DNA of 51,071 nucleotides from a virus. Lineage: Duplodnaviria > Caudoviricetes. Position 1 is the first letter of the stretch, and every line of letters starts with the position of its first letter. Where the stretch lies: IMG/VR virus record IMGVR_UViG_3300031260_000127, positions 1 through 51,071 of that record, one strand, 5' to 3'. Shown here piece by piece: positions 36,128-44,500 of this stretch. The position numbers and the translations under genes are program-made. Under the pieces are notes generated by a model. It was not told the DNA's origin, ran no database searches, and saw only the letters and a program-made list of their open reading frames with translations.

Positions 36128-36969
36128 ATATCTTATGTCATTATGCCATCGTTCGCTTTATGCCGTTCCTCGAAACGGAAGAGTTTGCCAACGTAGGTAT
36201 TATCCTGTTTTCTCCACATACTGGCTATGCAGACTACAAACTCGCGCCTAAGCGATTTGGTCGAGTTAGCCAATTTTTTGATGACTTAGATGGCAAACTG
36301 TACAACAACGCAATAGATACTTTCTGTCAAGAAATGCAGCGTGTAACTGAGCTAGGCCAAACACTATATGGCAAAGAACAACTTAGTTACTTCAAAGAAG
36401 TCACCCGCCTGCGCGAGAGTCTATTACGTTTTGGCGAGCTAAGAACCATTGCCGTAGATAACCCAGACCAAGCACTGGATAAACTTTACGAGCATTACGT
36501 TGGTCGAGCATTTGTCACTAAAGAATACCGCGAAGAGTTAATGGTAAAAGCATTAAAGAGAGATCTTCGCAAGCATGTGAACGGCGTAGCGTTTAAACAA
36601 CAGATGCTAGTTGGTGAGTTTGATACAGAGGTGACACTGCCGCTTGTAGCAACGTTTAACGATAGCTACAAGGCAATTAAGCCTATGGCGTTCAACCAGC
36701 CAAAGCCGATGAACTTGCTAGAACATGGTGAAAAATGGATACGCCGTATTAAACGCCTGATCAATGCTGACACGGTAAGCCCAGAGCAGTTTCTATTTGC
36801 GGTAGAAGGACCTAATTCAAAGGATCGCGCACTTAATTCTGCCTATGGTGATATTAAAGACCAGTTAGCGCGGCTAAATGTAAATGTTTTACCGTTTGCA
36901 GATAAGCAAGAGATCTTTAGATTTGCAAGAACTGAAATCAAAGAGCCGATATTCACCTTGAGATCTTAA
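36124..36969 (+). CDS. DUF3037-domain protein
   Basis: YAIVRFMPFLETEEFANVGIIL N-terminal motif; GTGA overlap with the kinase stop. Confidence 0.8.
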   Translation: MNILCHYAIVRFMPFLETEEFANVGIILFSPHTGYADYKLAPKRFGRVSQFFDDLDGKLYNNAIDTFCQEMQRVTELGQTLYGKEQLSYFKEVTRLRESLLRFGELRTIAVDNPDQALDKLYEHYVGRAFVTKEYREELMVKALKRDLRKHVNGVAFKQQMLVGEFDTEVTLPLVATFNDSYKAIKPMAFNQPKPMNLLEHGEKWIRRIKRLINADTVSPEQFLFAVEGPNSKDRALNSAYGDIKDQLARLNVNVLPFADKQEIFRFARTEIKEPIFTLRS

Positions 36970-37019
36970 CACCTTTCTACTAACCCGCTTCTGCGGGTGT
37001 TTTCATTCAAGGAGAGAAT

Positions 37020-37544
37020 GTGAAACTTCCCATCATTATCATTGCTGCCACCATCCTCGGTACTGGTTGTGCAACAATGTCATTAGCACCAAAAGAAGTC
37101 ACCTTGACCTCAACGTTTGATAAAGCACAGGCCGAGAAGATGCTGCTGCCGGGTAAAAATCAGATAAAAGGCAGTGCGTTAATCAGGCAAAGAGGTGGTG
37201 GAGTTGTGACTTGTGCCGGAATGCCTGTAACACTGATCCCTGCTACCACTTATGCTACAGAACGCATTAAAGCCATTTACACTATAGATAGCGATGCATT
37301 TTCACCAGTGAGAGGTTTTGGTGGTGTCACATTCAGTCCTGAAAATCTCGAATATGAATCGCTAGTTAAGACCACAACCTGTGACGCACAGGGATATTTC
37401 AAGTTTACCGATGTCGCCGATGGCACATTTTACATAAACTCTAGAATAATATGGTCGGTAGGTTATTCTCAGCAAGGTGGTGATTTGATTAAAAAAATTG
37501 AAGTGAAAAACGGTAACTCTTATGAAGTAGTTTTATCTTTTTAA
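37020..37544 (+). CDS. Lipoprotein (possible superinfection exclusion)
   Basis: Lipobox ILGTGC; TTTCDAQGYFKFTDVADGTFY beta-sandwich motif. Confidence 0.75.
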   Translation: MKLPIIIIAATILGTGCATMSLAPKEVTLTSTFDKAQAEKMLLPGKNQIKGSALIRQRGGGVVTCAGMPVTLIPATTYATERIKAIYTIDSDAFSPVRGFGGVTFSPENLEYESLVKTTTCDAQGYFKFTDVADGTFYINSRIIWSVGYSQQGGDLIKKIEVKNGNSYEVVLSF

Positions 37545-37570
37545 TCAATGTCTAATATTATGGGAATCTA

Positions 37571-37912
37571 ATGGCTGAAGTAAAGTTTTGCACTAAGTGC
37601 GGTGGTAGTCTTCCTAATGATGCTAAGTTTTGCCCAGGATGTGGCATAGCCACCAAAAAATCATATCGTCCGGGTGTTGGATATTATTTGTTAGTAGCAG
37701 TGCTATTGATAGGTTGCATATTTGCATACGGATTGATGAGTTATAACACTATGACACCGCAAGAGCGTGCCCACTTCAATGCCAAAGATAACGCGCAAGC
37801 GTGCTGGGATGAGTATCATGATAAAGTGAATGATCCTCGGATGAGCAAGCAAGAACTTGGTATAATTTACGGTGCATGCAAGTTACTTGATGAACGCGCA
37901 AAGAATCGCTAA
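37571..37912 (+). CDS. Zinc-ribbon membrane protein
   Basis: FCTKCG...FCPGCG plus one TM helix. Confidence 0.75.
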   Translation: MAEVKFCTKCGGSLPNDAKFCPGCGIATKKSYRPGVGYYLLVAVLLIGCIFAYGLMSYNTMTPQERAHFNAKDNAQACWDEYHDKVNDPRMSKQELGIIYGACKLLDERAKNR

Positions 37913-37930
37913 CTCACAATCACCATATTC

Positions 37931-37953
37931 GCCCGCCACTTAGCGGGTTTTTT
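37931..37953 (+). terminator. Terminator of the immunity operon
   Basis: CCCGC-CACTTA-GCGGG followed by TTTTTT. Confidence 0.75.
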
Positions 37954-37971
37954 ATTGCCAAGAATAAAAAT

Positions 37972-38040
37972 GTAAGTTTTCTAACTTTGCTGTTGACATG
38001 AGTATGTTAGTTTTCTAATATCAAACCATAGATTACTAAC
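37972..38040 (+). promoter_or_regulatory. pL/OL: early promoter with three operators
   Basis: TTGACA (37993-98)-17 bp-TAATAT (38016-21); operators GTAAGTTTTCTAAC, GTTAGTTTTCTAAT, CATAGATTACTAAC. Confidence 0.85.
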
Positions 38041-38063
38041 TCACCACACGAAGGAACACTACC

Positions 38064-38504
38064 ATGTCAATGAATACTCAATACCCACGCGGCGCGTTTG
38101 CAGATGGATGCGATGATCACGATAGCGGATTCCGCATCTTTGATAACCCCTTCAACCCCATCACAGAATCTGCAGAGTTTATGGCATGGCATGCTGGCTA
38201 TGTTTACTCCGCTACCAGAGCAGATGCCAATCCAGAAAGCTATGATTCCATGCTGGAATATCACGATTCACAGCGCTGTGAAGACGACATAGAGCCTGAA
38301 AATGAATTTGCTTACGCTGCCGGACTGAAGGCATTTGAGTGGGACATGACTTGTGCCGATAACCCATTCTCTCGCACTACCGATAACGATAATCACTTGG
38401 CTTTTAAAGCGGCCATCCGCGATTCACTAGCAGAAGAACGCAATTTCCAAAGAGCCTCTGCGCGAAAATTGCTGACCACAGAAAAATTAGCACCATCAGC
38501 CTGA
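38064..38504 (+). CDS. Hypothetical acidic protein, first pL gene
   Basis: AAGGA SD; internal duplication DNPF...W/F. Confidence 0.7.
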   Translation: MSMNTQYPRGAFADGCDDHDSGFRIFDNPFNPITESAEFMAWHAGYVYSATRADANPESYDSMLEYHDSQRCEDDIEPENEFAYAAGLKAFEWDMTCADNPFSRTTDNDNHLAFKAAIRDSLAEERNFQRASARKLLTTEKLAPSA

Positions 38505-38596
38505 CACTCTGCAATTGATCCGGTTTTACAAATGCCATTCACAGGCCCTATAGCGGCATCGGTGAGTGGCATTGATAAAACCCTATTGCGGTTTAT

Positions 38597-38608
38597 TGCT
38601 CTTTAACA
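38597..38608 (+). promoter_or_regulatory. boxA antitermination element
   Basis: TGCTCTTTAACA, the rrn-type consensus. Confidence 0.75.
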
Positions 38609-38949
38609 ATCTGGCCCTATGAACGAATAACTTTGGCCCCCTCACTAATGAGGGAACCAAACTAGGTCACCCCGAGGGAGAAGTAGATTAACCAGCAGCG
38701 GGGAAAATGAAGACTGCTGAATAGAACCATACGCCTCTGCTGGCGACCGGGTATCAGATCACCTTGGCGGTGAGCAACTGCGGAGAAAACTCCAACGGCT
38801 GATATTTGCTGCAATGGCTTAACTGTGTGAATGACCCAGTAAGCGTATGGAAAGGCCACGTTCCGGCTATTGGTAGGAACAGGTTTTACAGCTGGCTCTT
38901 TCGCACCTACTTCGCGAGAGTCAGCGATAAAGCCACTAAGGAGAAACAA

Positions 38950-39105
38950 ATGTCTGAATTAAATCGACTAACATGGGCTAGAGATGGATTTGGAAGATGT
39001 TTTGTAGTTCGTATAGGTGATTTTAGCAATATTTTGTATTGCGCATTCAACGCTAGCGCAGCAATGTCATTTATTAGGGAGTATGAAGAATTCCAAACCA
39101 TCTGA
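38950..39105 (+). CDS. Hypothetical protein (51 aa)
   Basis: AAGGAG SD before ATG 38950. Confidence 0.55.
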   Translation: MSELNRLTWARDGFGRCFVVRIGDFSNILYCAFNASAAMSFIREYEEFQTI

Positions 39106-39802
39106 AAACATATCAAATAGAACACAATGTTCCTGTTATCAGGGCGCATTGGGAAGGTGATTGAATAGTAAGACTCGACTACCGATTGCGCTAACGTGTT
39201 GCTATAGGCTTCACCCTTTCGGTAACTGGAAATGAGCGCCAGTCAGTCACCTTCACCAATGCGATTACATCGAGAACAGATGATGGACGAAATCGCGTGC
39301 TAACAAATTCCGAGGTGGAAACACGCGCAGGTGACGCGCTGGTTCAAGAGAAGACAGCACCATCAATCGCATTACCGGGTGACGCGGTTATCGGTCTGAT
39401 GTTCACGGAGCAACGAGGCGGCGCCGTGAATGTCGATCCCGCCTAGAGCCCACACAACGTACCAAGCAGTAACACGTTGGTTCAAGCTCCGCGCAGGCTG
39501 GGAGGTCTGCACTCTACAAGTGCTACTGGCAGCATCCAGCCAGAAACCCCAACGAGGAAATCCCCATGTGACTAACAAGCCGTTAGAAGCGGCCACCTAT
39601 GTGCGCGTGTCATGATCGCGCCCCGAGTCGAGCATTGTTCTTGAGCCAGCTTTGCACCTGGTCAGGGTTAATAAAAAAGAAGCACTGGTAAAGCAGCTGA
39701 AACGCCTGAAAGTTCAGCACCAGTTATTAGCGGCTGCGGCGACACGAACGGGTTCAGGCCGCCGGATGACGTAACCGGCACCAATTCAAATATGGAGAAC
39801 TC

Positions 39803-40021
39803 ATGCGTATAAAACGTTTCTGGATATCAGGATGGTGGACGGCGATCATTAGCTTTGTCTGGATGGTTGCTAGCATCATTGCGGCGAAGTTTGATTGCTT
39901 CGCGTTCGGCTTTAAGCTTTCTGACTTTGTTAACGGAATTGCGATACTCCTTTTTACCTTTCAACTTGTCATCGTAGTAGCGTTTATCATCACGAATAGC
40001 CTTAATCAACAAGATGAATAG
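39803..40021 (+). CDS. Small two-TM protein
   Basis: GGAG SD and hydrophobic sequence; overlapped by an antisense ORF. Confidence 0.45.
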   Translation: MRIKRFWISGWWTAIISFVWMVASIIAAKFDCFAFGFKLSDFVNGIAILLFTFQLVIVVAFIITNSLNQQDE

Positions 40022-40186
40022 CGCAGCAATAACAGCCATTAATATGTAATTAATTGGATTACCTTGGTCAGTAAACATCTGCTTTATGAGCATGAATAGG
40101 ATAGAAGCTATTGTAGTTAGAGTAATTGCAGTGAGCCGATATCTTTTCGACACATGACTAACCACGCTCTTAATATTCTTGAGCAT
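39827..40186 (-). CDS. Counter-oriented membrane protein (possible moron, 119 aa)
   Basis: AT-rich, two TM segments plus a basic coil; ATG at 40186. Confidence 0.45.
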   Translation of the reverse strand: MLKNIKSVVSHVSKRYRLTAITLTTIASILFMLIKQMFTDQGNPINYILMAVIAALFILLIKAIRDDKRYYDDKLKGKKEYRNSVNKVRKLKAEREAIKLRRNDASNHPDKANDRRPPS

Positions 40187-40458
40187 AGATTTCTCGATTG
40201 GTTGTGTAGGAACTCCAATCGTACCACGAAGCCCAACGTGGATAAAAAACGGGCACCCATTCAAATGCAATTTCCACTCACCACCACCTGTATGGCACAT
40301 GCATGCAGCAGAGTACCGCTTGAGCGCTATTCCTTCGGCGCGAGGACTTCTGGACCCTGAATAATGTGCAAGCCGCCGTTTGGGTTCACGGGCATTGCTG
40401 GTAACCGCGCCAGTGGCGACAAAGCGGTCCTCTATTCTCAAAACATAAGGACATCACC

Positions 40459-40839
40459 ATGAAAACTGCAATAACACCAATGCAGCAACTTGTTGCGGAT
40501 AAAAAGCACCTGCCGCTGGCCACACTGGCAACAGATGACAAAAGCCAAAAGGAGTTTGCTCTGCTCATCAACTTGCTACTTGCCTGCTTAATGGCCCAGT
40601 GTGTTGACGTTAACACCAATCCAAACGTGCAGAGCAAAATCAAAGATATTGAAAGCTATCTTGCCAGTGGCTTCCCTTCCAAAGAGTTTGAGCGCCGCTT
40701 CATTGATAGGGCCGGCGGCATAGGCAGCGGTTTTCTGTTCCGTATCAGCTATAACAACTTCATTGGCGTGGTTACCCGGGAACGTGCCACCAGCAATGTT
40801 ATTTCAATTCTCGGAGACCATCATGCGGCAAATGAATGA
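40459..40839 (+). CDS. Hypothetical protein
   Basis: AAGGA SD; 126 aa. Confidence 0.65.
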   Translation: MKTAITPMQQLVADKKHLPLATLATDDKSQKEFALLINLLLACLMAQCVDVNTNPNVQSKIKDIESYLASGFPSKEFERRFIDRAGGIGSGFLFRISYNNFIGVVTRERATSNVISILGDHHAANE

Positions 40840-40898
40840 TGGTATCGACCTGCTCCTAGAGCTGCTTGCCAACCTCCTGCAAAAATTTGGATTCTGAC

Positions 40899-41207
40899 AT
40901 GCCATCACCATTAACCACAGCTTACGCAGTAGCCCATGAACTAGCGCTTCAGATAACTGAATCCAACCACCAAAACTTTGAATTGCAGCAACAGGCAAAC
41001 CAATCATCACAGTCGTTGTTATCCGTGAATGATGCCATTTCAAACGGTTTTGCCGTGTCCAATATTTGGCTGGAAAGCTGCGACAAAGAAGTTGAAAAGT
41101 GGCAATGGATGAAACGGCACTACCCCAACGAGTCTGCTACTTGCGACAAAATGATCGCTGGCTGGCAGCGCACTAAACAACGCCTTATCAACCAGCAGCA
41201 CGAATAG
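40899..41207 (+). CDS. Hypothetical protein
   Basis: ORF in the early operon; ATG at 40899. Confidence 0.55.
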   Translation: MPSPLTTAYAVAHELALQITESNHQNFELQQQANQSSQSLLSVNDAISNGFAVSNIWLESCDKEVEKWQWMKRHYPNESATCDKMIAGWQRTKQRLINQQHE

Positions 41208-41215
41208 AGGCCCTC

Positions 41216-41374
41216 ATGATCGACTCAAACACTTTCAACCCACATCGATTTGCTGACGGTTATCGCCAGCGCGATACCAAAGTCACCGACGAAATGAAGC
41301 GCCGCGCTGAAGTCCGGCGCCAGATTGAAGATAAACGCCAGCAGCTCGAGTTAGAGCGCATGTTTAAGCTGTAA
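41216..41374 (+). CDS. Small basic helical protein (52 aa), absent from the ORF track
   Basis: GAGG SD; ...KRRAEVRRQIEDKRQQLELER. Confidence 0.6.
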   Translation: MIDSNTFNPHRFADGYRQRDTKVTDEMKRRAEVRRQIEDKRQQLELERMFKL

Positions 41375-41379
41375 ACAGG

Positions 41380-41679
41380 ATGAATACCATGGAAAAGTGT
41401 ACTTGTTTTGATGATGTTCTGGAAAGAGTGAAAACCCATATCAAATCGAAGTTGCCAGAAAATGCAACTGAGTTTGAGGCCAATTGGCAACACATGTCTT
41501 TCGTTCTCTCTAACGGCGATTACCCTCTTGTAAATCCACAAATTGAGTTTTCATATCGCCAAATGAAACGCGATGGCACCCCTGCTAAAAACCTCACCAA
41601 GGATAGCGTCACGATGTTTTGCAGCTATTGCCCTTTCTGTGGTCGCAAGTATGAAAAAGACAGCAAGGAGGCGGCATGA
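41380..41679 (+). CDS. Hypothetical Cys-motif protein
   Basis: CTC...YCPFCG; ends in EAA, a junction typical of lambdoid early genes. Confidence 0.7.
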   Translation: MNTMEKCTCFDDVLERVKTHIKSKLPENATEFEANWQHMSFVLSNGDYPLVNPQIEFSYRQMKRDGTPAKNLTKDSVTMFCSYCPFCGRKYEKDSKEAA

Positions 41680-41918
41680 CAGTCATCCGCATAAAAGCCC
41701 CAAAGACTTGCCACGTTGATCCTAAAGGCTCTTTGGTTATGTACATGGATTACCGGAGGCTTGAACTGCAACGCGATAAGTTAGTTGAAGCGCTTGAAGC
41801 CGCTAAGGCCGGATTACTCTGGTACCAAAGCGAATATCCAGACCAAGTTAACGGCTGTGATGATGAAGCCATGCAGCTAATTGATGCAGCGCTAGAAGCT
41901 GCGGGTGGTGAGGCATGA
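41676..41918 (+). CDS. Hypothetical protein
   Basis: ATGA-coupled ORF. Confidence 0.65.
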   Translation: MTVIRIKAPKTCHVDPKGSLVMYMDYRRLELQRDKLVEALEAAKAGLLWYQSEYPDQVNGCDDEAMQLIDAALEAAGGEA

Positions 41919-42580
41919 AAGAACGTCCAATCATCTTCAATAGCGACATGGTGCTAGCAATTCTTGAAGGCCGCAAAACGCAGACACGGCGGCCAGTGAA
42001 TCTACCAGTTATTGATAAAGATTGGTTGATAGAACTGGCTCCATGCGAACTCGCAGGTGAAATTAACAATGGCAACCTAACTAATAGTAAATACGGCAGA
42101 GTTGGTGATCTACTCTATGTCAAAGAGTCGGCATGGATGTGGTGTGAACGTATCCCGAACGGCACTACACCGACAGGCCGTGCCAAGTACCGCAACAAGC
42201 CGCTGCGCAGCGCTCCGATCTATTACGTTTCTGATCACCCTGATAAGCCAGATACCGATGTGGTTAGCCCTAATACTGGAAACAAATTCTGCTGGTGCTA
42301 TAAAGCGGCGAGGTTCATGCCACGCTGGGCATGCCGCATAATCGATGGAATCACTAACGTTCGCGTTGAGCGGTTGCAGGATATCAGCGAGCAAGATGCT
42401 ATTGCAGAGGGGTGTTTGAATAGCATTCATCTGCAAAACGCCCACCTTGCATATGAAAACTTCTCTTGGCTTTGGCAATCAATCTACGGCGATGAATCTT
42501 GGTCATCGAATCCGTGGGTGTGGGTAATCGAGTTCAAGGTGTTAACCACCAACGGCCAAATACCACAGGAGGCAGCATGA
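41915..42580 (+). CDS. ASCH/PUA-like phage protein
   Basis: MKERPIIFNSDMVLAILEGRKTQTRR, MPRWACRI, NPWVWVIEF. Confidence 0.8.
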   Translation: MKERPIIFNSDMVLAILEGRKTQTRRPVNLPVIDKDWLIELAPCELAGEINNGNLTNSKYGRVGDLLYVKESAWMWCERIPNGTTPTGRAKYRNKPLRSAPIYYVSDHPDKPDTDVVSPNTGNKFCWCYKAARFMPRWACRIIDGITNVRVERLQDISEQDAIAEGCLNSIHLQNAHLAYENFSWLWQSIYGDESWSSNPWVWVIEFKVLTTNGQIPQEAA

Positions 42581-42906
42581 AAGAGTTTGATTACATCAAC
42601 CAACACTACGGTGTTAACGCTTGTATTGGGCGCAAAGTGGTTGTTGATGGCAAGTCAGGCATCATATCTGCTGGCCGTGGCAACTACATTGGTGTCAACT
42701 TCGACAGCGATAAGCCAGGTACTATCTCAAACTGCCACCCAACGTGGCGTGTTCAATATGGCGAAATTGGCAAAGTACGCATGCCAACCAAATCTCAGCA
42801 ACGCTATCAACGCTTTCTTGAATATGGGGATTGCTTCGATAGCTTTATCAGCTTTTGTCGTTGGGACGCATTGCCAGAACGCGAGTGGAATGGAGTCAAA
42901 GCATGA
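42577..42906 (+). CDS. Hypothetical phage protein
   Basis: YGVNACIGRKV...CHPTW; ATGA-coupled. Confidence 0.7.
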   Translation: MKEFDYINQHYGVNACIGRKVVVDGKSGIISAGRGNYIGVNFDSDKPGTISNCHPTWRVQYGEIGKVRMPTKSQQRYQRFLEYGDCFDSFISFCRWDALPEREWNGVKA

Positions 42907-43523
42907 ACCACCCAACCGCAGAAACGTTTTTAAAAGACGTTGATAACCACAAGCTGCATGTTCTCCGGGATGACGGCGTTTATCGTCATCTGGAGTTAAC
43001 ACAAGGCTACTTCGAAATGCGTTTTGAAATCATCACTTGGCCTAATTACCTGTGCATTAGCGGTGATATGGGTTGTTATGTGTTCTCACGATGTGAAGAC
43101 ATGTTTCAGTTTTTCAGACGAACAGAACTGAGTATCAATGCTGACTACTGGTCGGAGAAAGTCCAATCGGAATGTACTAGCAATGGACTCAAGAAATTCG
43201 ACATCACCCAAGTACATGAGCGTTTAGATTACTACCTGGAATGCTTCAAAGAAGATTTTGATGCTGACGGCGAAGAATATGCCGATTCTATCGCAGCCGC
43301 TACAGAATCTGTAAACGACTTCAAAGCGAAGCGTGAATATTCTGAATTTGACGCAGTGATCCACCTCGATAATTGGGATGTTGATAATGCCGGCGGTATG
43401 TCACTCGATGACTTTTGGGACGGCGGATTTGAAACGTTCACATACAGCTTTATCTGGTGCTGTTACGCCATCGTTTGGGCAATCCAGCAGTATGACGCTT
43501 TAGAGCGTAAGGAGGCAGCATGA
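42903..43523 (+). CDS. Hypothetical phage protein
   Basis: DDGVYRHL, LCISGDMG, WCCYAIVWAIQQYD; ATGA-coupled. Confidence 0.75.
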   Translation: MNHPTAETFLKDVDNHKLHVLRDDGVYRHLELTQGYFEMRFEIITWPNYLCISGDMGCYVFSRCEDMFQFFRRTELSINADYWSEKVQSECTSNGLKKFDITQVHERLDYYLECFKEDFDADGEEYADSIAAATESVNDFKAKREYSEFDAVIHLDNWDVDNAGGMSLDDFWDGGFETFTYSFIWCCYAIVWAIQQYDALERKEAA

Positions 43524-43807
43524 GCGAGTTACAAAAAGCGCTCATCCAAGGCATGGAACCCGCCGAGAAAATCGACATTCTTATTGGTCTGACTGATATC
43601 AGCAGCGAAGATAACATCATTGCCCTGCACCGCCATTACGTGAACGGCTGGCCGATAACCACCGCAGCAGAATCCCGTAGCCTGGATGAAGCCAACTTTC
43701 GTAAAACCGTTAAATCGCTCGAAGCCATTGCTGTAAAACTCGAACGCTACAAAGAAATCGAGTGGGCACGTTGGGGATATAAATCACCGTGCGTGACAGG
43801 TGAGTAA
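43520..43807 (+). CDS. PapB/FocB-like regulator
   Basis: ILIGLTDISSEDNIIALHRHYVNG pattern. Confidence 0.5.
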   Translation: MSELQKALIQGMEPAEKIDILIGLTDISSEDNIIALHRHYVNGWPITTAAESRSLDEANFRKTVKSLEAIAVKLERYKEIEWARWGYKSPCVTGE

Positions 43808-43876
43808 ACACACCTGAATAAACGGTAAAACACTCCCGCTAGCTAATCCTCCTGTTTAAAAATCAAAGGTGTTTAA

Positions 43877-44500
43877 ATGAACAACTACGCCGCACAACTC
43901 GCTGCGCTTAAGGCACAGCCTTGCCACAAACTCAGTGAGGTAGGCGACCAATGGCGCACTCCTGACTGGCTTTACTGGGGAATCTTCGCCGCATTTGGCC
44001 CCTTTATTCTTGACCTGTTCAGCGATGGCACAAACAGTAAGTGCCAGAAGTTCTTCACCGTGGAAGATAACGCACTGGCGCAAGACTGGGCGGCAGCACT
44101 TAAAGGGGGAAAAGCCTTCTTCAACCCTCCCTATTCCCGCAGCAGCTATGACGATGACGGCACGGCCATTACTGGCATGCGCAACATCATTGCTAAAACG
44201 ATGGCAGAACGCGAAAAAGGCGCTCGCATGGTCTGCTTAATCAAAGCGGCCACTTCTGAAGTTTGGTGGCCTGAAGAAGCTGACCACATAGCGTTCATTC
44301 GAGGACGTATCAGTTTTGATTTACCCGAATGGTACGTGCCAGCCGACAAGAAGCAGGTGGCAGCAAGCGCCGGGTTCGCCTGTGCAATAGCCGTGTTTGA
44401 TAAGTCATGGCAAGGCAAGCCAATGAGCTATATCAGCCGCGAACAGTTGAAAACGGATGGTGAAACGATGATGCGGTTAATGAATAAGGAAGCGGCCTGA
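43877..44500 (+). CDS. Phage N6-adenine DNA methyltransferase (Dam-like)
   Basis: DQWRTP, LDLF, FNPPYS, IRGRISF. Confidence 0.9.
   Translation: MNNYAAQLAALKAQPCHKLSEVGDQWRTPDWLYWGIFAAFGPFILDLFSDGTNSKCQKFFTVEDNALAQDWAAALKGGKAFFNPPYSRSSYDDDGTAITGMRNIIAKTMAEREKGARMVCLIKAATSEVWWPEEADHIAFIRGRISFDLPEWYVPADKKQVAASAGFACAIAVFDKSWQGKPMSYISREQLKTDGETMMRLMNKEAA

Noticed and set aside
38640-38680. Hammerhead-like CTAATGAG motif (also CAGATGA...GAAA near 39278)
   Set aside because: The conserved GAAA/UH core and the three stems cannot be completed.
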